NCBI GenBank assembly: GCA_963845065.1
Contig: CAWJQQ010000002.1
Coordinates: 192,001-256,000, forward strand
From: Nitrospirota bacterium
GTDB taxonomy: Bacteria > Nitrospirota > UBA9217
Direction: 5' to 3'
DNA length: 64,000 nucleotides
Each line of letters starts with the position of its first letter. Position 1 is the stretch's first letter. The notes beneath the pieces are model-generated. The model saw only the letters and a program-made list of their open reading frames with translations. It did no database searches and had not been told where the DNA came from. A program made the translations under genes and the position numbers. Below are positions 30,255 to 40,144 of this stretch, in pieces.

Positions 30255-31031
30255 CTATTTCACTACCGTGGTTTTATCTTTTAAAATGCCTAAGAGCCGC
30301 TCAGCCATTTCGTTCACATCACCCTCGAGGAGAATGCCGCTCCCCTTCCTTGTGGGCGTATATGCTCTAGTCGTGGAAGTCAGTTCCTTCACCTGAAGGA
30401 AGTCGGTAACGGGTAAGGTGAGGAGTTCCTTCTTCTTGGCCTTCATGATATTTGGAAGGGTCGGATAGCGGGGCGTATTCAGCCCGAGCTGGCATGTTAC
30501 CAGCGCTGGCAGACTGAATTTCACCACCCCTTTCACCCCGCCTTCAAGTTCCCGCTTTGCAGTAATGACTTTGTTGTTAATGGCAAAACCGACAACGGTA
30601 GTGACGCAAGTGATGCCTAAGAGTTCTGCCAGGATAGCCCCCACCTGAGCGGAACCGCGGTCTTGGGACTGCATGCCAGTGAAGATGAGTTCGAAGTTTT
30701 TATCCCGGGCAAATTCGGCTATTGTGGAGGCTATCTGCCATGGATCCTTGCCGTAGGCAGCATTGTCCCGTATATGAACTCCCCGGTCGCACCCCATAGC
30801 CAGGGCCTTCTTGATAAGCTCGATGACCCGATCAGGTCCTATGGAGAGGACGGTAATGTCTGTCTCATTGCCGAGATGTTCCTTGAGCTGCACCGCCTGC
30901 TCAACGGCATATTCATCATACTCGTTCATCCTGAAAGCCAGATCGACCTCATCATACCAGATGCCGTTCCCGGTTACCTTAAACCTGGATGCCATATCGG
31001 GCACCTGCTTGATACAAACTAATATCTTCAT
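30255..31031 (-). CDS. etfB: Electron transfer flavoprotein beta subunit
   Basis: MKILVCIKQVPD and PRYPTLPNIMKAKKK; GGAGG RBS before ATG 31031. Confidence 0.96.
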   Translation of the reverse strand: MKILVCIKQVPDMASRFKVTGNGIWYDEVDLAFRMNEYDEYAVEQAVQLKEHLGNETDITVLSIGPDRVIELIKKALAMGCDRGVHIRDNAAYGKDPWQIASTIAEFARDKNFELIFTGMQSQDRGSAQVGAILAELLGITCVTTVVGFAINNKVITAKRELEGGVKGVVKFSLPALVTCQLGLNTPRYPTLPNIMKAKKKELLTLPVTDFLQVKELTSTTRAYTPTRKGSGILLEGDVNEMAERLLGILKDKTTVVK

Positions 31032-31032
31032 G

Positions 31033-33018
31033 TTATCCTCCGATTCTTGCGGCAACAATCTCGGCCAGATCAAGCGCCTTCAATTTTCCTTCACAGTCAC
31101 CGGTTTTTATCCCATCCTCAATCATGGTGAGGCAGAAGGGACAGTTGGAGACAAGCAGCGGGGTGCGCGTTGCCTGGGCCATTTTTATCCGTGCAACGTT
31201 GATTCTCGTCCCCAGTTTCTCCTCGGCCAGGATCCTGCCGCCGCCTGCGCCGCAGCAGAAACTCTCATACCCTGACAGATCCATCTCAGTGATTTGTCCA
31301 CCGGCTGCCTTAAGAACAGCGCGTGGTTCTTCGATGATATCCCTGTAGCGCCCCAAGTAGCAGGAGTCATGGTAGGTGAACTCGAACGGCTGCGGTTTGA
31401 GCTTCAGCCTGTTGCCGCTGATCAGACCGTTGACGAACGTGCTATAGTGCTCAACATTAATATCCAGCCCCAAGTCCTTGTAATCTCGGCCAAGGGTATT
31501 GAAGCAGTGGGGGCATGTCGTGACGATCTTCTTTACCCCGTATCGCTTGATTCCTTCAATGTTCCCGGCCGCCACCGTCTGATAGAGATATTCGTTCCCC
31601 ATTTTTCGCGCCGGTTCACCGCAGCATTTCTCTTCCTTGCCCAAGATGCCGACCCGGATGTGTGCTGCATTGCAGATCTCAACGAAGCACCGGGCAATTT
31701 CCCGGTTCCTCTTGTCAAAAGAAGCATAACAACCAACGAAGTATAGCACATCCACGTCGCTGTCCTGCTCCATTATTTTCACTTCAAGCCCGTCTGCCCA
31801 CTCGCCGCGGCTGGCGAAGGCGAGTCCGAAGGGGTTGCCGTTCACCTCGATATTGCTTAGGGCTGTCCGAACTTCGTCGCCAGGGAAGGAACCCTGCATA
31901 AGAGCGAGATTGCGGCGCATTTCGAGAATCTTGTTCACTTGCTCGATATTTGCAGGGCATATCTCCTGGCAGGCGCGGCAGGTGGTGCAGGCCCAGATGG
32001 AGTCCGCGCCGACCGTCTCGACCAGATCTGCTCCGGGACGGGTAAAAGCCACGTCACCGATCTGCTTTACTATTTTCATGGGAGACAGGGGCTTTCCGGT
32101 CGCATGGGCCGGACAGCGGTCCTGACATCGCTTGCAAGATGTGCATGCGTCGGCATCAAATATATCTTTCCATGTGAGATCGGCAACCTTGGCAGCGCCA
32201 AACTGGCCGGCCCCTTCGTCTTCCATGTTGATCGTATTGATCGATCCCTTGGGGGCCAGATCGGTGAACAGGTAATTGACAGAGGTGGTGAAGATGTGGC
32301 GCAGCTTTGTGAAGGGGATGATGGCGATGAAGCTCATGGCGAGCAAGAAGTGAACCCACCATTGTATCTTATGTACGAGTGACAGGGATGCGGGTGTCAT
32401 GCCGAGGAAAAGTTTCCCGACAAGCAAGCCGACGGGAGAAAAGGGCGCCAGGCCGGGATTGGTTCTCAGCTCCGTATCGGCCATCCGCAATCCTTCAGTA
32501 ACGAAACCTGTCACGAGTATCGCAAGCAGCAGCGCGTGTACTAAATAATCATCTCCAATAGTATCCAGCCCTTCAGGCTTGAAGATGAATCGACGAACAA
32601 GAAGCCCGCCGAGCGTAACGATCGCGACAAAACCGGCTACATCGAGAATCAGCGAATATAATTTATAAAAGGTCCCTTTAAGGAAGATCATCCCAAGGAC
32701 CGGCTGGGTAAAATCCACCTGCGCCATGATGAGAAGAGTACCGATAAAGAGAAGACCAAAGCTCCAGAAAAAAAACGCATGGAAAAAACCGGGGCCAGGC
32801 ACTCGAAGCACCCGTATCTGAGCAAACATATTTTTTAAGAACAGCGAAATTCTCTCCGACAACCTGTCGAACCTGTTCAGGGCCTTTCCCTGTTGGTACA
32901 CAGCTAATCGCCGGTAAAAGCCGTATAGAAACACGGAAATTGCAATACCGGCAATAACGTACATGGGGCCTACGACGCCGCGTCCTACATTCCAGTATAT
33001 TTCTCGAGTGGCTTCCAT
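31033..33018 (-). CDS. fadF: Membrane Fe-S oxidoreductase, FadF/EMO-like (NarI-like TM domain, two 4Fe-4S motifs, two CCG domains)
   Basis: CxxCxxCxxxCP twice; CCG/CPHC and HDSC..CCGAGG..CPFC; AGGAG RBS before ATG 33018. Confidence 0.85.
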   Translation of the reverse strand: MEATREIYWNVGRGVVGPMYVIAGIAISVFLYGFYRRLAVYQQGKALNRFDRLSERISLFLKNMFAQIRVLRVPGPGFFHAFFFWSFGLLFIGTLLIMAQVDFTQPVLGMIFLKGTFYKLYSLILDVAGFVAIVTLGGLLVRRFIFKPEGLDTIGDDYLVHALLLAILVTGFVTEGLRMADTELRTNPGLAPFSPVGLLVGKLFLGMTPASLSLVHKIQWWVHFLLAMSFIAIIPFTKLRHIFTTSVNYLFTDLAPKGSINTINMEDEGAGQFGAAKVADLTWKDIFDADACTSCKRCQDRCPAHATGKPLSPMKIVKQIGDVAFTRPGADLVETVGADSIWACTTCRACQEICPANIEQVNKILEMRRNLALMQGSFPGDEVRTALSNIEVNGNPFGLAFASRGEWADGLEVKIMEQDSDVDVLYFVGCYASFDKRNREIARCFVEICNAAHIRVGILGKEEKCCGEPARKMGNEYLYQTVAAGNIEGIKRYGVKKIVTTCPHCFNTLGRDYKDLGLDINVEHYSTFVNGLISGNRLKLKPQPFEFTYHDSCYLGRYRDIIEEPRAVLKAAGGQITEMDLSGYESFCCGAGGGRILAEEKLGTRINVARIKMAQATRTPLLVSNCPFCLTMIEDGIKTGDCEGKLKALDLAEIVAARIGG

Positions 33019-33072
33019 GGCGGAACTCCTCAACAACAATTTCGCGACAAGATTCTTAAATAGTAGTATCTA

Positions 33073-33101
33073 TTGACGAATTTACTTCCAAGTACTATAA
33101 T
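33073..33101 (+). promoter_or_regulatory. Near-consensus sigma70 promoter facing the MerR gene
   Basis: TTGACG-17 bp-TATAAT. Confidence 0.7.
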
Positions 33102-33116
33102 TACACTTAACGTCAA
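33101..33116. promoter_or_regulatory. LiuR-type operator candidate
   Basis: TTACACTTAACGTCAA, resembling the LiuR palindrome TTTACGTWWACGTAAA. Confidence 0.5.
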
Positions 33117-33423
33117 TGTTAATTACAAACTGCATTAGCAAACTCATGCTTCTTGTGATGATGCGAAACGATTCTAAAGTCATTTTCAACCTGAATCCGG
33201 CGCGAATCTGCGAGCTTTGCTCAATTATGACCGCGAAAATAGCGGGCAGAATCTTTAAAAAGGCGGACGGAATCAAACCTACCTTTTTGATAGGTTACAT
33301 TCCGATGACCTTTAATCGTTATTAGGCGCATTTTTTCAGCAAGAAACGAGCTAACAGTCCGCTACTGATGCCGGATTCAGGTTCAATATTCATAATTTAC
33401 TCAATTTAACTTTAAGGTAATAC

Positions 33424-33819
33424 ATGAAACTAAATTCAGTTGAATACATGCAGATTAGCGAACTTGCCAAGGCATTGCATACCACCACCAGGACCATCCG
33501 ACTCTATGAGCAGATGGGGCTGGTTGAGCCTCCGAAGAGGACCGTTGGCGGCATACGGGTCTATGATAAAGCAGATATCACACGGTTCAAGTTCGTTCTC
33601 AAATTGAAGGCCCTGGGACTTTCCCTGCAGGAGGGGAAAGAATTGGCCGACATCTATTCCAGGGAGCAACTCCCCCAAAAGATAATGCCCCGCCTGATTG
33701 AACTGCTGGATTCCCACCTTGCCAATATCAGGAAGAGAGTCACTCAACTGCAGTCCCTCGAAACCGACATCGCCAAATACAAGCAGAAAATTCTCGACTA
33801 TTACCACTTGCCGAGATAG
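33424..33819 (+). CDS. MerR-family regulator (LiuR-like)
   Basis: ISELAK...TTRTIRLYEQMGL and GLSL.E motifs; located inside an acyl-CoA catabolic cluster. Confidence 0.9.
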   Translation: MKLNSVEYMQISELAKALHTTTRTIRLYEQMGLVEPPKRTVGGIRVYDKADITRFKFVLKLKALGLSLQEGKELADIYSREQLPQKIMPRLIELLDSHLANIRKRVTQLQSLETDIAKYKQKILDYYHLPR

Positions 33820-33948
33820 CGCGGACGGTTCTGTCCGCTGATCGTCTATCGATGACCAACCCCCCGGAGGACGCCGGCAGGCCAATCGGCTTTTTTCTCC
33901 CAATGCCTTCCAACACCCCCCACGCCACCAGGGTAGACCCCCTGGAAG

Positions 33949-35730
33949 TTATTTCGATTTTAATGCCGCAAGCTTCTTCATCTCTTCGTCCCGCAGCGAG
34001 CGCCGGAGCACTTTGCCCACCATCGTCTTCGGAATATGATCACGGAATTCGATTTCAGTCGGCACCTTGAATTTCGAGATATGCCGCTTGCAGTATTCCA
34101 TGATCTCATTTGCTGTCGCCTTCTCGCTTTCCGTCAACTCAATATGTACTGCATCGTTCGCAATCTTTTCGCAGTTCGCTATGTCAGTGGACGGCTTTCT
34201 GTCCTCCTTCAATACAATATACGCTTTGATCTTCTCGCCCAAAAACTCCTGGGGGAGCCCCACAACTACTGCTTCCTGCACATTCGGATGCTTGTAAAGG
34301 ATTTCCTCGACCTCGCGCGGATAGACGTTTTCGCCTTTCGTTTTGATCATGTCCTTCATGCGGTCCACGATATAAAAGTAGCCTTCGTCGTCCATTTTCG
34401 CTATGTCGCCGGTATGGAGCCAGCCATTGCGCAACGTAAAGTCCGTCTCCTCAGGCTTGTTCCAGTAACCCTTCATCACCTGCGGCCCCCTGATCACGAG
34501 TTCCCCGGCCTCTCCGATCGGCAGAACTTTTTCTCCCGTTTCCATATCGACGATGCGCGCTTCGGTGTGCGGCCAGGGCAGCCCGATGCTTCCGATTTTT
34601 CTCCTGCCGAAAATCGGATTAGAGTGGGTCACGGGAGATGCCTCGGATAGTCCATAGCCTTCAACAATCCGCGCCTGGGTCAGGTGTTCGAACCGTTCCT
34701 GCACCTCCTGCATGAGCGGTCCGGCGCCGCAGAGCGCAGTCTCGATCGATGTAAGGTCGTATTTATGAATCTTTGGATAGTTTCCGATCGCGAGGTACAT
34801 GGCCTGGATGCCGGGGAAGATCGTGGGCCGGTACTTGTTGATGAAGTGGAGGACCTCCTTGGTATGGAACTTCGGCAGGAGAATCAGTACGGCGCCGGTG
34901 AGTATCCCCACATTCAGCGCAATGGTCATGCCGTAGACGTGGAAAAAAGGGAGGACTGCAAGGACGATATCTTCCCCCTCCCTATGGCGCGTGTTCCACA
35001 CCCTGCTCTGCATGGCGTTCACCAGGAGGTTCCGGTGTGTCAATATGGCCCCCTTGGGGATACCCGTCGTGCCGCCGGTATATTGCAAGAGCGCGATGTC
35101 GTTCGCCGCTACCGCCGCATCGACGGGCATTGTTGTCTCGCGCTTGATAAGCTCGAGAAAATCATGGATCGGCGGTTTCCGGTCCACTCGCACCGCCTGT
35201 TTCTCGAACCTGGCTTTGAGTGGATAAAGTACTTTTTTGGGGAACGGCAAAAAGTCCTTCACGTTGCAGAGAATCAGATGTTTTACAGGTGTCTTCGGCC
35301 ATGCTCGAGAAATGACGGGATAGAACATGTCCAGCGCCACGAGCACCTCGGCGCCACTGTCTTTCAATTGTACCTCTAGTTCGTGCTCGTGGTAGAGGGG
35401 GTTGGTGGCAACGGCGATTGCGCCCAGCTTGAGCGTCCCGTAATAGGCGATGACCATCTGGGGGACGTTGGGGAGCATGAGCGCCACCCTGTCGCCCTTC
35501 TTAACTCCGAGTTCGGTCAGCGCGCGCGCAAACTGATTGGCGAGCCCGTCGAGCTCGGCATAGGATATTTTTTTTCCATAAAACAGAATTGCGGAATGAT
35601 CGGGGTACTTGGATGCGGTTTGGGCAAGGACGTTGCCCAGCGCGATGTCAGGACAGCTAATGTGGGTCGGGACTCCCGCCTCATACCATTTACTCCAAGG
35701 CTGTTCTGAGTAGGAAGGAACTGTATCCAT
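33949..35730 (-). CDS. fadD: Long-chain fatty acid-CoA ligase
   Basis: YTGGTTGIPKG, EGYGLSE and WLHTGD motifs; AAGGAGG RBS before ATG 35730. Confidence 0.93.
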   Translation of the reverse strand: MDTVPSYSEQPWSKWYEAGVPTHISCPDIALGNVLAQTASKYPDHSAILFYGKKISYAELDGLANQFARALTELGVKKGDRVALMLPNVPQMVIAYYGTLKLGAIAVATNPLYHEHELEVQLKDSGAEVLVALDMFYPVISRAWPKTPVKHLILCNVKDFLPFPKKVLYPLKARFEKQAVRVDRKPPIHDFLELIKRETTMPVDAAVAANDIALLQYTGGTTGIPKGAILTHRNLLVNAMQSRVWNTRHREGEDIVLAVLPFFHVYGMTIALNVGILTGAVLILLPKFHTKEVLHFINKYRPTIFPGIQAMYLAIGNYPKIHKYDLTSIETALCGAGPLMQEVQERFEHLTQARIVEGYGLSEASPVTHSNPIFGRRKIGSIGLPWPHTEARIVDMETGEKVLPIGEAGELVIRGPQVMKGYWNKPEETDFTLRNGWLHTGDIAKMDDEGYFYIVDRMKDMIKTKGENVYPREVEEILYKHPNVQEAVVVGLPQEFLGEKIKAYIVLKEDRKPSTDIANCEKIANDAVHIELTESEKATANEIMEYCKRHISKFKVPTEIEFRDHIPKTMVGKVLRRSLRDEEMKKLAALKSK

Positions 35731-35793
35731 GACATGCCTCCTTTGGAACATAGTGTTGTCGCTCTATATCTTTTGAAATCACCCTTTTTCTTC

Positions 35794-36579
35794 TCAGCAG
35801 AACCGTGAAAAATCGGGTTTCCTCTGCTCCAAAAACGCCTGGAGTGCCTCAGCCGCTTCCGGCGATCTGAGCCGCTCGATAAAGCTCTTTCCTTCCTCCT
35901 CCATGGTTTCCCGCAAAGCAGTTTCATAGCCCCTTTTCAGCAAACGCTTGGCAAGGCGCACCGCGGCGGGTGGCTGGGCCGCCAGCTGCTGTGCTTTTGT
36001 CCGGGCCGTTTCCATGAGATCCCCGTCGCAACATATGATATTAACAATTCCGACGTCACGAGCTTCTTCCGCGTTGAACGGTTCTCCCAGGAGCACCAGT
36101 TCGGCTGCCCGCTGGTGACCCATCATCCTGGGAAGAAGAAGCGACGATCCTGCTTCCGGGCAGAGACCCAGATTGACGAATGGCATCTGGAAGAGTGCGC
36201 CTGCCTCGGCAAACACCAGATCGCAATGAAGAAGCATCGTCGTGCCGATTCCGATCGCTGCTCCGCTTACCGCAGCAACAACCGGCTTCCTCGCAAAACT
36301 GATAGCGGTGAGAAACTTCACGACCGGGCTCTCCTGCCCGGTTGGCGGCGATTTTAGGAAATCAGCGACGTCATTTCCGCTGGTGAAAGATCCTCCATTC
36401 CCAGCAATCAGGACAACTCTTACGGCGTCCTCCCCATCAGCTTGCACGAGCAAATCGGCGATAGCAGTATACATAGCAAGGGTCAGGGCATTCTTCTTTT
36501 CAGGCCGGTTGAACCGTATGTCCAAAACTCCGTCCTGAAGATCGGTCTGAATATGTTCACTTCCGGCGGCTGAATTCAT
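35794..36579 (-). CDS. Enoyl-CoA hydratase/isomerase
   Basis: NRPEKKNAL, FTSGND, GIGTTML and LGLCPEAG motifs. Confidence 0.92.
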   Translation of the reverse strand: MNSAAGSEHIQTDLQDGVLDIRFNRPEKKNALTLAMYTAIADLLVQADGEDAVRVVLIAGNGGSFTSGNDVADFLKSPPTGQESPVVKFLTAISFARKPVVAAVSGAAIGIGTTMLLHCDLVFAEAGALFQMPFVNLGLCPEAGSSLLLPRMMGHQRAAELVLLGEPFNAEEARDVGIVNIICCDGDLMETARTKAQQLAAQPPAAVRLAKRLLKRGYETALRETMEEEGKSFIERLRSPEAAEALQAFLEQRKPDFSRFC

Positions 36580-36612
36580 AAAAAGGGCCTCACGGATGTT
36601 TTGAATGCTCCA

Positions 36613-36999
36613 TTACGCCATAGTGCGCAAACGTTCCGGAATGGCAATTGGTATTTTCTTGACGCTGTCAATGCAGACCATCGTTGTTACAGCTGTGGCA
36701 AATGTTCTGTCATCATTATCATGAATGTGGTAAGAAAGATCGAAACTTGTAGTGCCAATGCGGCTCACCCACGTCGATACCACCACAGTATTATTCAGAA
36801 GGATGGGATATTTGTAGTCGCACTCGGCTCTGCCTACAACGATAAATATCCCCTGATCGGTCAGTTCCTGAAAAGACTCCCTAAATAGCCTTACGCGGGC
36901 CGTTTCCAAATAGGTAAAATAAACTGCGCTGTTCACGTGGCCATAGAGATCGAGGTCAGAGAACCTGAGATCAATGGAGGTAGAATATCGCTTTGTCAT
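36613..36999 (-). CDS. Acyl-CoA thioesterase (4HBT/YbgC family)
   Basis: RFSDLD.YGHVN..VY..YLETAR; AGGAG RBS upstream. Confidence 0.9.
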   Translation of the reverse strand: MTKRYSTSIDLRFSDLDLYGHVNSAVYFTYLETARVRLFRESFQELTDQGIFIVVGRAECDYKYPILLNNTVVVSTWVSRIGTTSFDLSYHIHDNDDRTFATAVTTMVCIDSVKKIPIAIPERLRTMA

Positions 37000-37024
37000 C
37001 AACTTCTCCTTTATTATATAGTGC

Positions 37025-37059
37025 CGTAAAATCCCTGGTTTTACCATGGGGAGTGTCAA
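37025..37059 (+). mobile_element. Solo IS605-type right end
   Basis: AAAT-CCCTGGTTTTACCATGGGGAGTG-TCAA, the same hairpin family as 785-820, with a canonical TCAA terminus. Confidence 0.7.
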
Positions 37060-37118
37060 AATTGGATGTAGAAGACTTGACGACGCCGGCACAGGTATGG
37101 TCAATATTGGTTATCTTT

Positions 37119-39122
37119 TCAAGTGATCCCGGCACCAACTGCAAACCCTTGATGGATCGCATCGAAAACCGTGCCCGGCGTGACAGCATCTCCTGCGATA
37201 CGAAACGGTATGCCTTTCTTCGCTACTATTTCCTGGAGCGGATTAAAGGCTTTTGTTCCAACAGCAAGGACCACGGTATCGGCAGGAATTTCCTCAACCC
37301 CCGCCCCGCTTTCTACCCGCACGTGTTTAGCGGTGATCTCAAGTGCACGGACAGTCGTTCGCGTCTGTATACCAAACCGTTCCACATCCTGGAGCATGCC
37401 CCAGCGCGTGGTTTTGCCGAAATTCTTCCCCAGTACATCGATTACATCGATCACGGTTACTTCTTTGGTTCCCCGTACTGCCAGCCCATAAAGATTGTCA
37501 GGGGACTCTGCTTCATGAACCAGGAGAAACTTCAGTGCCTGACCAGAGAGGGTCCCTTTCTCCGCAAGAAAGAGCGCGGTTTCAATTCCCACTGCTCCGC
37601 CGCCGATGACCACAACACGCCGGCCTGCGTGAACATTACCCGACAATACGTCCCATGCCTGTACGACGTGACCAAGTTTTGCGCCTGGGATCGGAGGAAT
37701 GATGGATGCCCCGCCCGTAGCCAGCACAACAGTGTCAGGCTTCACTTCGTCAAGGAGCGCAGCATCAACCTCCCGGTTGAGGACAACTGAGACCCTATGA
37801 ACAGCAAGCTGTCTGGCAAGATCATGGGCAAGCTCGAAGAATTCCTCCCGCCCTGGTGGTGCCCCGGCCAGATGAAGCTGGCCGCCGAGTCTGTCACTCC
37901 GTTCGAAGATCGTTACCTGGTGGCCACGCTCGGCCGCCCCTGCTGCAGCACTCATACCAGCTGCTCCGCCGCCGATCACCATGACTTTCTGTGGCTTACC
38001 GGTTTTCCCGATCACCGTTTCCATCTCATGTCCTGCCCGTGGATTGCAGAGGCACTCAACAGACTTCATCTTCAAGAGATTATCAAAACAACCCTGGCCG
38101 CAGGCCACGCAATGAACGATATCCGGATCTCTTCCGGTCCGAGCCTTTTCCGGTAACTGGGGATCGGCAATGAGCGCTCTACCCATGGCCACGATGTCGC
38201 AAACACCGTCCGCCAGCAGTTCCCTGGCCACTGCAGGATCATTGATACGGTGACTTGCGATTACGGGAACGGTTACACGCTCCCTGACCCCCCGTGCCAG
38301 ATAGGCAAAAACGCCGCGCGGCACCTCGGTGGTCATCTGGGGTACTTTGGCCTCATGCCATCCAACATTGATACAGAGTGCATCGGCTCCAATTTCTGTG
38401 AGGCGAACCGCGTAATCCTGCAGCTCTATACGGCTCGTCCCCCCCTGCATGAACTCATTGCCGCTCAGTCTAACGAAGAGCGGAAAATTCACGCCCACAG
38501 AGATCCTGACTGCTCTTACCACGTCAAGGCCGAATCGCATCCGGTTTTCGAAGGAGCCGCCAAATGCATCCGTACGTTTGTTTGTCAGCGGCGAGAGGAA
38601 TTCACTGATAAGGTACCCGGTACCGGAGAGTATTTCTACGGCATCGAACCCTGCTTCCTTGACACGCCGTGCCGCTTGAGCGAAACTCAGGACAATCTCG
38701 CCGATTTCATCTATAGTCAGTGCACGTGGAGTTTCCCGGGTAAGTCGCGATGCTATGGCTGAAGGTGCCACCGGCTGTCTATTGCCGAGAAACAAGGAAT
38801 GGTTATAGCGTCCGGCATGGTTCAACTGTACGGATGAGCGAGCGCCGTTATCACGGATCGCTGCCGCAAGACGGGCTAAGCCAGGGATAAATTCATCTCG
38901 GTGGGCGCCGATATTTCCCGGGTTGCCGGAAAGATCGTCCACGGTGGCGTAGCCCACGGTGATCATCCCTGCACCGCCGCGCGCCCGTTCAATGTAGAAC
39001 GCCACCAGACTGTCGGTCACCGCAAACTTCCGCGCCATGTTCATGTGCATGGCCGGCATGAAAATGCGGTTTTTTATCTGAAGGCCATTTATTGTTATTG
39101 GTTGAAAGAGAGGGTCATTCAT
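37119..39122 (-). CDS. fadH: 2,4-dienoyl-CoA reductase (OYE family flavin/Fe-S)
   Basis: GYLISEFLS..TN.R.D.FGG, GWHEAKVP, CxxCxxxC-C cluster motif, two GxG dinucleotide folds. Confidence 0.9.
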   Translation of the reverse strand: MNDPLFQPITINGLQIKNRIFMPAMHMNMARKFAVTDSLVAFYIERARGGAGMITVGYATVDDLSGNPGNIGAHRDEFIPGLARLAAAIRDNGARSSVQLNHAGRYNHSLFLGNRQPVAPSAIASRLTRETPRALTIDEIGEIVLSFAQAARRVKEAGFDAVEILSGTGYLISEFLSPLTNKRTDAFGGSFENRMRFGLDVVRAVRISVGVNFPLFVRLSGNEFMQGGTSRIELQDYAVRLTEIGADALCINVGWHEAKVPQMTTEVPRGVFAYLARGVRERVTVPVIASHRINDPAVARELLADGVCDIVAMGRALIADPQLPEKARTGRDPDIVHCVACGQGCFDNLLKMKSVECLCNPRAGHEMETVIGKTGKPQKVMVIGGGAAGMSAAAGAAERGHQVTIFERSDRLGGQLHLAGAPPGREEFFELAHDLARQLAVHRVSVVLNREVDAALLDEVKPDTVVLATGGASIIPPIPGAKLGHVVQAWDVLSGNVHAGRRVVVIGGGAVGIETALFLAEKGTLSGQALKFLLVHEAESPDNLYGLAVRGTKEVTVIDVIDVLGKNFGKTTRWGMLQDVERFGIQTRTTVRALEITAKHVRVESGAGVEEIPADTVVLAVGTKAFNPLQEIVAKKGIPFRIAGDAVTPGTVFDAIHQGFAVGAGIT

Positions 39123-39151
39123 TTATCATATCCACTATGTGCAGTTTTGCT

Positions 39152-40114
39152 TTATGCCGTTGCAGCCGCGTACAGTTCACGCACCGAGTCTGACAATCCG
39201 ATTTGTTTGAGGGAACGCTCCAACTTGCCAGGCTCTGCAAGAAAATCGCGCATGAAAACGATCTCGGAAGCTTTCAGAAAGACGACAAAGGGATCGACAA
39301 GGGACTTGCCGAAAAGGTGCCCAATGACTTCCTTGACCGATTCAACACCATCAAACCGCTTCACCTGCCTTGCCCTCTCCAGAAGCTTTCTGACATAAAA
39401 GTAGATGGTATCGTTGAGACTCATCACATATTCGCGGTGGCCTGGGAGTATTTTGTATCTATGCAGTTTTTCAAGTTCCAGGAGGCTCGTGCAGTACGCA
39501 TCGTAATTTCTGAACCTGCCGGCAAAGGTATCCAGATCCACATCGAGAAAAGGTGCCTGAAAGATGTCGCGGAGAAGGGTATCGCCGCTGATCGCATTGT
39601 TGCCGCAGAGGTAGACCAGATCGCTCTGGGAATGCCCTGGACAACTGAGCCAGCTGATCCCCAGTTTTTGCGGAATATCGGACTCCTCCACAATAGTGAA
39701 CCGTCCGGGAATTTCGGGAAAATATTTTGTTTCATCCATCGCATTTAGCCACCGTTCTGTAAATGCGTCATCGAATCCGATCTCCTTCAGAAATTTCTTA
39801 ATATGGGCTAGACATTTTTCATGATGCCGCAATTTTAAGGCATCTCTACGGGGGATGAGAATTTCAGCTCTTGAATTTTGTGCAAGGTAAGCAGCAAGAC
39901 CGCAGTGGTCCACGTGACAATGGGTAATGAAAAGATACTTCAGACGCCTGAAATCAACTTGTTCCTCCAGGAAGGCAAGTGCATGCGGCATGGCAGGCCC
40001 GGTATCGAACAAGACGAGTTCTCCGTCGATCTCCGTGGAATAGAAGTGTGCCGCACCAGCCATGTAGGGTGTATGTACTGTGTGCTGTATCATAATAAGA
40101 TTTGATTCGTGCAA
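39152..40114 (-). CDS. Metallo-beta-lactamase fold hydrolase
   Basis: DTG, THCHVDH, PGHS, GD and PGH motifs. Confidence 0.88.
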   Translation of the reverse strand: MHESNLIMIQHTVHTPYMAGAAHFYSTEIDGELVLFDTGPAMPHALAFLEEQVDFRRLKYLFITHCHVDHCGLAAYLAQNSRAEILIPRRDALKLRHHEKCLAHIKKFLKEIGFDDAFTERWLNAMDETKYFPEIPGRFTIVEESDIPQKLGISWLSCPGHSQSDLVYLCGNNAISGDTLLRDIFQAPFLDVDLDTFAGRFRNYDAYCTSLLELEKLHRYKILPGHREYVMSLNDTIYFYVRKLLERARQVKRFDGVESVKEVIGHLFGKSLVDPFVVFLKASEIVFMRDFLAEPGKLERSLKQIGLSDSVRELYAAATA

Positions 40115-40144
40115 GCACGGGCCGCTGGCAGGCGCCCGAACGAA

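Noticed and set aside
37000..37104. N-terminal extension of the thioesterase ORF
   Set aside because: It reads through the IS right-end hairpin; the RBS supports a start near 36999.
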